This document shows positions 53,101 to 64,000 of a stretch of 64,000 bases of DNA, in pieces. Positions within the stretch are counted from its first letter, which is position 1. Every line of letters starts with the position of its first letter. A program made the translations under genes and the position numbers. Under the pieces are notes generated by a model. The model was not told the DNA's origin and ran no database searches. It saw only the letters and a program-made list of their open reading frames with translations. Source of the DNA: Geosiphon pyriformis uo1 (taxonomy: Eukaryota > Fungi > Glomeromycota); contig JAAOMT010000183.1 in the NCBI GenBank assembly GCA_016748015.1, positions 284,708 through 348,707 of the forward strand, given 5' to 3'.

Positions 53101-56035
53101 TAATTAATACATTATTTGGGACTAAGACAGCTAATAAATTACTGGTGTTGGGATTTAATAAATTAATAGCTGATAAATGGATTACATTATTTAAGAGTAA
53201 TATAGTTAATAGTGGTATTGTTTAGATGATTAATTACTGACATAGTTTGAGATTTGTAATCTGTAATCAGAATTTTAATATTGATTTTCTAATCATTAAT
53301 AATTTAATCTTAGGCAGCAATCTATTTTTAAGTGTTTTTGTTTACTACAATAGTGGCAATTATGTATTTTTGTTGTCACTGTTGATTGGTTGATAATGAT
53401 AGTATTGGATACAACTAATTCTGGAACTGATTTGAATTTTCTTGATTTTTGTGGCATTGTAAAAATTGATAAATTGCTTAATTGTTAACTAAGTATTCTT
53501 TAATTAAATTACTAAATTGCTTCAGTTTAGAATTCAAGTCAGATGATCCATTAATTACTAGATTTATGGCTTGAATGTGGTTGGCTTCAAGTTTAACTGA
53601 TTCAAAATCTCAAGCATTTGTAACTGGGGCTTGAAGCATATTTGAGTGCAATAAACATAAGCATTGTAAAAAGCTACTGTGCAGGCCATAGATGAATTGA
53701 TTCAGGATCTAAGACACAGTAAAATAATTTATGTCAATTGCTTGTATTTGGCACAGATTTCTGTAGAAGTGTCTTAGATAAGTGATAATGACTTTAATAT
53801 CTTCTTGCTTAATAATAGTAAAGACAATTGTAAAGTGGTTAATGCTGTTATTATTACTAAAATATCTCAAAAATTTAACTTTGAACTTGTTAAAGTTTTG
53901 AGATTTTTGGACCAAACTCTAATATCACGAATTGGCAGTATCTTACAAGAAATATAAGATGGCTTATAAAGCTCTGGCATTATCTCAATTGTTGATAATG
54001 ATTGTCTTAATAATGTTATCAAGCCAAACTTGTGTTGTTTTTTTTACCAATAAACTTTTCTAATTTGGCAATAGGAGTGTATGCTATTGGTAATAGTTGT
54101 TATGGTAGTTGCTATTAAAGTTATTGTTGAAGTTGTTGTTGTGATGGTAGTTGTAATTGTTGTTATGATTGTGGCTGTGGCTGTAATTGTGATTTATTAA
54201 TTGATACAACTGATAGTGAATTGATTACAATTACTGGAGGTAAGTTTTGAGAAACAATAGAAGTAAAGTTTAGATTATTCAGGTTTTATTGGATTTGAAC
54301 AATTAGAATTTATATTTTTGGGTTTTCTAAAATCAGGTTTTGATAATTAAATTTCTGATTTTCGTTTTTTTTTCTTCTGAATTGGTTATTTCTCAAGGAT
54401 TAATAGTTCCAAAATCTGGTTGTGATGATAGTGTTTAATGTTTTAATAATATTGTTGGTTGTAAATTAAATCTTTTAAAATATTTACTGTAAGTTTCCAA
54501 TAATTTAGCTTTTTTCTGTTTACTTTAAAACAGAATTTTAGCTAATGGTGGTTTTGTAGTTAATGTAAATGTGCCTACTAATATTATGTTAATGGTACTT
54601 CTTAATATATGATGGTATAATGGGTAAATAAATAAAACAACTCTTGGTTTTTTCCAAGTAAGTAATTGTATTCTTCTTGATGTTTCTGCTGGTGTTTGTA
54701 ATTTTTTTTTTCATTGTCTGCAAAGATAATAAAAAATTTCTGTTTGTGTGTTTTTTAATTTCTCTGTTAATTTCTGTGATTATTAAAGTAAACAAATGAT
54801 TTTGTGAAAACATGATACTTTAGAATAATTTATTATAGAAATTGTTGAGTGCTGTTTCCAAATTTTCTTGGTCTTCTAAGTAAGATTTAATTTTTTTGTT
54901 AATGTAGAAATTAAAAGTTGATTCTGTTGACCAATTGTTACTGGTTAATCTGAAGTAAGTTTGATAGTGTTAGAATAAAGCTTTTATAAATTCTAAGTGA
55001 TTTGTCTTTATTTCTTCTGATTCTGCTACTGTTTCTGATAATTGTTGTTAATGCTGGTTTTCTGCTAAATTATACTTTACAGAAAGCACCAAATGTTACA
55101 GATAATTATTTGGGGTGTTGATACAAATAACAAATTTGTAATTTAGTGCTCAATAACTGATATAGTTGGTAATTTCTGAAGATTTTGGTAAAGTCTTTTG
55201 TCTAATAAACAGAGATTTAATAATGGTTTCAATAGTCTCTTGGAATAATTATTCCATCAAATTTTTTTTTTCAGCATAATAACTGGTTTATTTTAACAAT
55301 TATGCCCTTCTGGTAAGCTATTTTCAATTTCTGAGTTTTCTATTCTTATTTCTAGATCTTTTACCAAGCTATTTTTGATGTCAAATTATTTAATAGTTAA
55401 TTTTTTTAATTAATTAGTCAATCAATAAAACAAACAAATAAAAAAAATAAAATAAAAAAATAAAATAAAAATTAAGATATTAGTATTTTGTCAATAGCCA
55501 TAATTAAAAGCTATTGTTCCAGTATAGTTAAATGTTAAATTCTATTAATATAAAGTGTTGATAGAGTGAAGTGACAAATTTTTTTTAATCAAATAACAAT
55601 AATATAGATTTAGGTAATAATTTATATTTTATTGATATAATTAAATTTTATTTTAATTTGTAAAAAACTACCTTTTGAAAAAAGAGATATAAGATAATTA
55701 ATTGATTGTGAGTATTGATTCTGAACTAGATTCTGGTGTATTTTTTTTTTCTGCTTTTAATACTTTCACTATATATACATATTTTTTGTTTTATAAGATC
55801 TCATATATTTGTGAGCAATGTGCCATAATTTCTTAAATAATACTCATATTGCTGAGCAATATGTCTGTAATTTCTAACAATATGCTTATTGTTAAGCAAT
55901 ATGCCATAATTTTTTGACAATACTTCATATTGCTGAGCAATATGTCTTAATTTACTGATAATATATTTATATGCTAAATACTATTATTTTATTGATCTAT
56001 TTTTCTTATTCATTTTTTCTACTATTTTTCTTGTA
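50180..56035 (-). mobile_element. Ty3/Gypsy element A: two LTRs (50180-~51070, 55094-~56035), PBS, gag, protease, dUTPase; RT/RH/IN deleted
   Basis: Direct repeats of about 0.9 kb, both starting TGTTACA on the + strand. PBS TGGTGCTTTCTGTAAAGT at 55091-55074. Protease LIKLILDSGSTNSII near 52750. dUTPase relic at 51287-51066 (..FRSNLAKKEINIREEIINAKY). Confidence 0.88.
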
Positions 56036-58445
56036 TTTTTTTTCTATAAATAATACTAACCAATTGTGTTTTGCAAATTAAAGAAGTAATATTGCTGTTG
56101 TCAGCAAGTTCAGCTTAGTAAGGATATTTGTTGGTTTTTGGTATCTTTTTTTTTGAAATAAAAAATTTGCAAAAATTTTTTCTGAACTGTAAATGGGTTA
56201 TTAACTGGCCAAAAGTAATGTAAATTGGTGTTTTCATAAGATTTTGATAATGAAATAAGGACCAGATTTTTGTACAATTTTTGGAAGTTCTAACTTTGAA
56301 AAATTTTTAAAGATTTTTGTTTTTGATGGCTCATTGTTGTCAGCAGTTAATATAAAAGTTTTATTAAAGTCTAATGTAAAATCAATCTTGGCTTTTTTTT
56401 TGTTGAGTCTGAGAGATTGATTGTTAATTCATCTATGTCATAATTATTATTAATTAGATTAAAAACATAAAAGAAATTTTTTTCTGGTTTGCTTATACTC
56501 TTACTCTTTGGAGATGTACTTACTAGTTTAAAAGCTAATAAATAGTGGCTTTAACTAAGAAATTCTTTCCAAAGAAGTTGATGTTGACATAATTAGGTCT
56601 TTAATTAGAGGTATTAGTATTATTAAGTCTGTTGTTCTAAGTATTATTGTTTTTAGGAACTGAAAAAAACAATAAAGAATTGTTACAATCTCTGGAAAAG
56701 CGTTCAATTAATCCACAGTAATAGTATATAAGTGGACCACAATTTTGCTGTTTTTCATAAAGTAGTTGCTAAGACTGATTGAAACAAGGTTTAAATTTAG
56801 GTCTTTGTAATTGTTGATTATTTTTTACTACTTGTGCCAAAAGTTTTAATATTTGAGCAAAATTGGCTGTGAGTCTATCTATCAATTATTTATTGGGATT
56901 TGGAGTTTGGACAACAAAAAAAATAGCAGTTATTTGAGAAGCAAAAGCAAAAACAGAAAGTGTAAATTTCAAATGCATTCTTTGATTATTTTCAATTCTC
57001 TGAATGAATTCAATGGCCATATCTATAGTAAGATTATTTTTTAAAGCCAAAAAGAGCCACAAAACATATGAAAGATCAGTTTTTAATATTTTTGTAAAGT
57101 AATAAATTTTTTGTTCTTTTATCCAATTTTTTTAAAATCTACTTACTTAATTAACTTTTTAATTACTTTGGCATATTTGATTATAACTTTACCAGGATCT
57201 TGGAGTTTTTTTTAATTCCATGTGTTATTGAATATTAATATTAAAATTCTGAATTTGTTTTCAAACCAGGTAATGAAAAAAATGTTGTTTTCTTTAGAAT
57301 TTGCTGGTGTTTATTTAATAATTTTTTGCTAAGTATTGGCATTGATTTTTTGTAAAAACCAGATAACAGAAGAGCTTTGGAAGTATTTACCAATAATTTA
57401 GAACTTGTATTCATTATCATATTGGTTGACTGTAATAGTTCTCTCAAAGTTATCTAACTATTTAATTTGATTTTATGTATTATCTCTGAATAATGATAAT
57501 AGGGTGTTGTTTTTTTGCTTTAATGCAATTTGTATACTTTGAAAGATGGCCAGAATGTTTGTTTATATGGAGTCAACAGCTATTGATTTAGAAGTAACTA
57601 TTGTGTAGAATGTTCTGATTCTCTTGAAAAAAAAATTAAAAAAAAGAGCAATTTGGTAACTTTTTTTTTCTGTTTCAAAAAAAGTTTTAATTAATTGATA
57701 AACAGCAATTTAGATGTGAATTTAGTAATTCAAATATTCAAAATAAGGAGACTGTTGTTTAAAAATTGCTGAGTATAAAAGCTAATTAATGCTGTTATTT
57801 CTTTCTTTAGGAATTTTTTCAAAGTAGACTTAATTAAAGAAGTAAATTGTATAGGTTGTGTAAGTTTTAGCTAAATACTTATTTAAGAACTAGTTTCAAA
57901 AGTCTTGAAATTGTCTACTAGATTGTTTTTCAAGAGATAAGCAGATCAAACAAAAGAGCAGAGAATTGAGTGCAATAAAATTTAGATTGTTTCTATTATG
58001 TACTGCAAAGTGCTTTTTTAATTGTTATAACAAGTATAAATAAGTAGATTTTGACAACTTTACAGAAAGCACCACTTTTATGTTATAGATTGAAGTAATA
58101 AGCTAATAGATAACAAAAAAAAACAGGATTATAGGGTAATAAAATTAATCAAAAAGAATTTAACTTCAAAGAGCAAATTAAATAAGTATAAATTTAATGT
58201 GTAAGATCAGTCTTATAAAATATTTTTGTTACTATTTTTTTCAAAAGATAACTAAGGAATTTTAAGATAGAGGAATAGTTTATACTGTTAACAAATGATA
58301 ACACACTAGTATAATTCTATGCCTTATATTAGTATTCTTAGAATTTGATATCAAATATCAGATGTATTTTTTAATTACATTTTATTCAATAATTTTCAAA
58401 TGTTACAATTATATAACTCAGGAAAAGAATAGGTAAATGTCAACA
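56036..58445 (-). mobile_element. Ty3/Gypsy fragment B: LTR 58081-58445, PBS, gag with decayed zinc knuckle; truncated at the protease start
   Basis: TGTT...AACA-bounded segment next to the same PBS (ACTTTACAGAAAGCACCA, 58057-58074). Gag-like FERTITVNQYDNEYKF near 57440 and YYCGLIERFSRDCNN near 56710. Confidence 0.75.
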
Positions 58446-58636
58446 AGTAATCTTTTATCCCAAAATATTCAGATATTTGAAGATAAAAAAAAAGAAATTA
58501 GTAAAAAGAAAAGAATTAAGATGAAGTTATTATTTTATTTCTTTATTTTTTTTGATTTGTATATGCTTTTTTATAGCTAAAAAATTTATCACTTATATAA
58601 TTATTAAAAGTAGTCAATAACTATATTAATATAAAT

Positions 58637-61600
58637 TGAAATAAAATACTTTAAAAAACCAATTCTTTAAAAACTATTTATATTTAAAATTCTTTAAAAC
58701 CCAATTAACATTTTGAAATTAATTAGCTACTAATTTCAAGTCTGGACAGAAAATAAATTTTTAACAAAATTTTATTTTTTTTATATTTTTTTTATATTTT
58801 TTTATATTTTTATTATAATTATTAAAGTAGTTTATAGACAAGATTTCTGTAAAAGAGTTAACTTTTATAGCAAAGTAACTACACATTTCTAGTGAACTTC
58901 TAGGTAAGCAATTTCTGAAAAAAAATTGATATTTATTACAATATAACTATATAAAGTAACTGGTATAAAATTGGCTATTCGGCTTATAAGCTTAGTAGTT
59001 CAAATTATAAGAAATAATTTAAAAATAAATTCAGTTATTAGAGATTTAACAACTTCTAAAAAAATGTGAATTCACAACAAAAAGATATTAACAACATTCA
59101 AAAAAAGAGACCAAAAATTTCTAATAATACTATTTAGTAAATTATAATAACATACAATCTTAAGTGGTACAAATAAGATATTCAAATCAAGTTTTATATC
59201 TTGATCTTATAAAAACTCTAGATTTTGATAATGTTATATTTTTAAAAGAAAAAAATGTAGCCACAATTACCAATTTTTTTTCTGAAAATTTTAATTAAAC
59301 TATTAAAACAATTTTTGCTATCACAATTACTGAGAATACTACTTTGGTTGCCATATTTCTATTTGACATTAACAGTCTGAATACTGTTAACCTTTTTAGT
59401 AGAGCTGTTATTAATCAAGATAAGCCAATTATGATAATGTATACCAATATTAAAACAAGACAATTAGATATTAAATTAATACTAAATAGCAAATTTACAG
59501 ACAATATAATTATAAAACAACTTATAAACCAACTAAATTACCAAAATAGATTATATAGCCACTATTAAAATAATTACTATAGCTAAAAATACCAAAACAC
59601 TAATAAAAGAAATCAACAATTTTTTCTTTAAAATCCACAAAATTAGCATCTTAATTAAAGTATTTATTATAAAAACCACTCAATATTAAGCTTTTATAGA
59701 AAACAATTGGTTAATTAAAACTTATGTAATGCTTGACTAGAACATCCAAAAACTACAAATTATTTTTAATAGAAAACATGCTAAAGTACTTATTATATAT
59801 AAACACTTTAAAACAGCAGTCTTAAAACAACTTATAATCAAATTCAAAAAACTTATTTCCAGTTAATCCTAGAAAGTTATCAAGTTTTTTAGACAGATAA
59901 TTTTAGAATAAATCTATTATTATCTCTTACTTGAGAAAAAAAAGGCAAAGAAAAAATTGACAAAAAACCCTAAATATTATCATCAATTTATCTAAACCCA
60001 AATCAAAAAAATCAACTATATTGACCCCCAAAATTAATTTATATTAATTGTAAAAAAAAGTTATTCTCAATAAACACCTGCATTAAAGACAATGAAATAT
60101 GACTAATTGTCATCAAATATTATTGTTAATCTTGTATATTAGAATAATTTAAACAACCAAAATGGTAAAACAAATGGAATAATATGCCATGTCTTATATG
60201 TAACAAAATGTTATCAAATAAAAGATTATAGAATGATGTTTTTGGCAAAAGAAAAACATGTGATAAATTTTGTTAATACACTATTCTAATTAATTACTGG
60301 GCCCAAAAAAAAACTCTATTTACTATAGTTTATAGTTAAGCAATAAACTGGCTAGATTTGTACTTTTATAATAAAAAAAAATTTGAAAAATGACTACAGC
60401 AAAATAAAAGAGTACTATAATTGAAAAAATACATGTCATAAAAAATATTCTAGTAATTATTAAAAAAATAAATGACTTATTCATAGATGACCCTAAAGTA
60501 TTTTAAAACTGGTATTAAAAACTTGTCTTTTATCTAAAAAAAACAAAAACAGTAACTAACAGATTTTAATACAAAACTGTGTGATTATTGTTTAATCTTT
60601 TGTCATTTTTAGTATTGTAATAAGTGTAATTTTTTGTTTAATTCACTTCTACAGACATTATACATCATCTTAGAACTTACCAAATCTGAGAAAAAATATG
60701 AGTTTATAGTTAAGAACATGTTATTTCAAGAGCTAAGTAAAACTATTAAAATAAAACAATAGCTTGTCTATTTTAATCTTTTTAAAAGTTAAAATGGAAA
60801 TAATATAATAATAACAATAAAAGAATATGCACTAAAAAAACACACCTAAATAATGTTGGATTTGACTTAAAATATCTTAAACCAAACTTTGTAGTTATAG
60901 TCCTATATTTTTTTGTAAAAATAGATATGAAAATAACTTTAAAAATTTTTATTAGTATTATGGTTCAAATTGCATTTCAGTCTAGTCTTACAAAAAAAAA
61001 ATTGACATAAAAAAAAATTATTAATGTTGAATACACAAAAAACATTATTATAATATTACAAAACAATTTCAACAAACTTTATATAATTAAATTACAAAAA
61101 AAAATTGCCCAAGTTATCTTTCTGCTTTTTGTAAAAATACCACTATTAAACTCTATTATTATACACAAAAATTAAGCCTTACTGCTTAAGAAATTAATAA
61201 GTTTAAATTAAGTAAAAGAGAAAATATACCAGTTAATTTTATAAAAAATAACAGTAATAAGATAAAACTTATCTATACTAATATAATTATCTCTATTTTT
61301 ATATATTGATAGTTTATTCTAAAAATGAATTGGAAAATTTAAGATCAAACTTTATTATTCAAAGCTAACTCAAAAATTTGTTCTCTAGTTAATATTGTTA
61401 ACTTATATATATTTATCAAAGTTCACAAATATTTTAAAATTTTTATTTAAAATCTTATAGAAAAAGTTATTAAGATTTCTAAAGAGATTCTTATTGGTTC
61501 TATTTCTTCAGACATTTAAAATTCTGAGAAACCCCAGTTTATTCTTAATTTTACACAATTGGTCTTATTTTGTGATATTATTTCACAAGTATAGAATCTG

Positions 61601-62200
61601 CCAAAAGAAAGCTATCTGTTTATATTAGAAAAAATTGTTAAACTAAATCTGAGAAATTTTAATATTTTATAACAAAGTTTTTTTAAACTAATATACTAAT
61701 ATCTTTGTTAGCAAAAATAAATTCAGATGCACTGATATTGTAAAGCACCAGATTGACACAAAAAATGCCAGATCCATCAAACAATAAGCCTACTAAATAA
61801 TTCCAGCAGACAACAATCTGATTAAACAGGAAATATAACAAATAGTATATAATAGATTGATCAAAAAATTATTAAGTCTTTGGTCTTTTTCAATAATATT
61901 GGTTACCAAAAAAAATGGGAAAATACATTTTTATGTAGACTATCAAAAGCTCAACAGTATTACTCAAGAAAACAGTTATTCAACTTTTCTTATTCAGAAA
62001 ATTCTGAATAACTTAAAAAATAAGAAATGGTTCTCCTCTTTAAACTTAGCCAGCAAATATTGACAAGTCAAAATGGACTTTAAAAACAAAAGAAAAACGG
62101 CATTTATCATATGAAATAGAAATTTTGAATTCAACATAATGCTCTTTGAACTCTGCAATGTCTTAGCTATCTTTCAGTATTTTATAAATGTTGTATATAG
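58637..62200 (+). mobile_element. Ty3/Gypsy fragment E: gag largely deleted, protease, Cys-rich spacer, dUTPase, RT N-terminal half
   Basis: Protease relic at 59430-59810. dUTPase relic at 60830-61210 (GFDL...MVQIAF.SSL...KIAQ). RT reads WSFSIILVTKKNGKIHFYVDYQKLN...FSSLNLASKY*Q...KTAF...FEFNIMLFELCN. Confidence 0.9.
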
Positions 62201-62444
62201 GGCATGCTACAACAAAACCAGACAAAGTAAACATTCTATTATGTGACATAAATGAGAGACTGATTTTATGATATGGCTGTAAAATTGACCAGTATGACTG
62301 ATAACGTTTTAAAAAGTAATAATGGTGCTCATTCATAACTTATAAACTTAATAATTTTAATACTCACTTTATCATACCAGAATGTGATAAATATAAACCA
62401 TAACAGGATTAATATAGGATTATCTCTATATAAAAATAAAATAT

Positions 62445-62702
62445 ATGAAACTAAATTACATTAAATCCACTATGGAACCTAAGAATTACAGCACTATTAG
62501 AAGCATTCTAAAGAAAGCTCAAGGAGAAAAAATTGCTCCATACGTTTTTAAAATCAATAATACCAAAGTTCTCCAGGAATACCTAGATCAAGAAAAAATC
62601 ACTTATGAAATTTATCAAGAAGAAAGGAAAATAATAACTAATAAACGAGCATTAACACCAACACATAATGAACCAAGAAAGAAAAGAAAACTAGAAGCAT
62701 AG
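62445..62702 (+). CDS. Small ORF or terminal exon ending in an NLS-like motif
   Basis: 85-aa ORF ending PRKKRKLEA, similar to an SV40-type monopartite NLS. Confidence 0.4.
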   Translation: MKLNYIKSTMEPKNYSTIRSILKKAQGEKIAPYVFKINNTKVLQEYLDQEKITYEIYQEERKIITNKRALTPTHNEPRKKRKLEA

Positions 62703-63788
62703 CTCTTTTTTTATTGCCATTGGATTACCATCAGTAGTTTCCATGATTCTTTATATACTGTTCGAGTAAGAATAATAATAAATACGAAAATTTTGGTTCG
62801 CTGTGCCCCAAGTACTACAAATCCGACACAATTCATGACCAGCAAAACCTGTATCGTTTTGGAAACTATGGGTAAGTATTAAAGGTAATAAAAAGGAAAC
62901 GCTAGAATAAGTCATTAGGAGAGCAGCCATTTGATCGGCAAATTAACTGTTTCAAGTCCATGGTGTTCAATGAACGCTTATAGTTTGAAATTGGTATAAA
63001 ACCAGCACCATTTCACCCACGTTTTCGCTAAAAAACAAATTACAATCGATCGAATTGCAACTGCATTATCGAAAGCATAATTTTTATCTACAAAAATCAA
63101 ACAATAATCCCACTCAAAATGATCACTTTCGCTATTGGCGAGTTACTGCTGCTGATCACGCTTATCGCTGGTACTTCGCTCTACCATAAAACTCACAAGC
63201 AAGTCCGAACTATAACTTAAACGCTTTTTCAAGCGATAAAATCAAGGACAATTAAATCAAAATACCAGCTGCTCATTGAGCGGAAATATTTATCAAGTTT
63301 GTGGGAAAGTCTTAACATGTTGCTTGATAAAACGTCTGAGCTGGACTCAGTCTTATTTAACAAAGTGTTTATAAAATTCCACAAATTGCGCGAATTCAGT
63401 TATCCATTATCATACGACTCGTTACAATACGCACGTAAAAAACAATTCTTCACTTCCGAAAACAGAATTGCATTACGTAGTAGCAGAATACAATACAACA
63501 ATTAAACCATTTGTTAATTGTTCCATAACGTGATATGCAAAGAAGCGTATAAAAGAGATTTCCCTTTGTCTTCATTATCCTTTGTCTCTGACAAAAGCAT
63601 GGAGGGTTCCCGATCTATTTCGCCAAGTGTGTTGGACCTGGTAACTTTAGTTGATTCGGCGCTTCAATACGGAGAATTATCTCATGTTTGTGTAAGTAAA
63701 ACGTATAAACAGGGCTGAATTGGGTGGACGCAGATCGCGACTGTTCCTTTTTATCACTATCTTTCACTAACTTACGAAAAACATCTAG

Positions 63789-63991
63789 ACATGGACGTGG
63801 ATGCAAAAGTAATGGAGGAAATGTTCTTTTATTGGAAATACGGTAAAGACTATCCCAGCGCAACCTTTGAACAATGTGATGCTGCATACAACGAATACAA
63901 AGAGTTCTACGCTAAATACCATCAAGACAACCCTGGCGCGACCACAAACTGCTATGAGGAATACCTCAAGACAAAGCAAGGTAAGCAATGA
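63789..63991 (+). CDS. Hypothetical Tyr/Glu-rich coding segment (internal exon 63789-63980, or a small standalone ORF)
   Basis: MDVDAKVMEEMFFYWKYGKDYPSATFEQCDAAYNEYKEFY..., preceded by a CACTAAC branch site and TAG (63786-63788) and followed by AAG|GTAAGC at 63981. Confidence 0.5.
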
Positions 63992-64000
63992 ATACACGTT

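Noticed and set aside
50166-56100. 16-nt identity AGTAATATTGCTGTTG near both ends of element A as a TSD
   Set aside because: Too long for a Gypsy TSD, overlaps the LTR end, and the two copies lie in different coding regions (integrase versus pre-protease); likely coincidence.

Overview
AT-rich eukaryotic DNA with spliceosomal introns. The gene and transposon families point to an early-diverging fungus, most likely Glomeromycotina (inference). 1-27.5 kb is gene-bearing: a pseudogenised dual hybrid histidine kinase; three related Myb/SANT genes that each begin with a mitochondrial-presequence-like leader; a membrane-anchored DUF4097-like gene; a Crinkler N-terminus relic; an intronless orphan ORF; a Tc1 relic; and an IFA38-type ketoacyl reductase. 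28-31 kb is a decayed Mutator element with TIRs and a target-site duplication. A U2 snRNA gene lies at 31.7-31.9 kb. 32-44 kb is microsatellite-dense and surrounds a SAM methyltransferase gene. 45.7-62.2 kb is a nest of at least five Ty3/Gypsy fragments, two with dUTPase, heavily decayed by C>T/G>A changes. The last 1.8 kb is a compositionally distinct island of unknown origin. The best candidates for something new are the putative mitochondrial Myb family, the repeat-restricted hypermutation that extends beyond CpG, and a plant-like USE+TATA layout upstream of U2. All calls were made by eye; no database searches were run.
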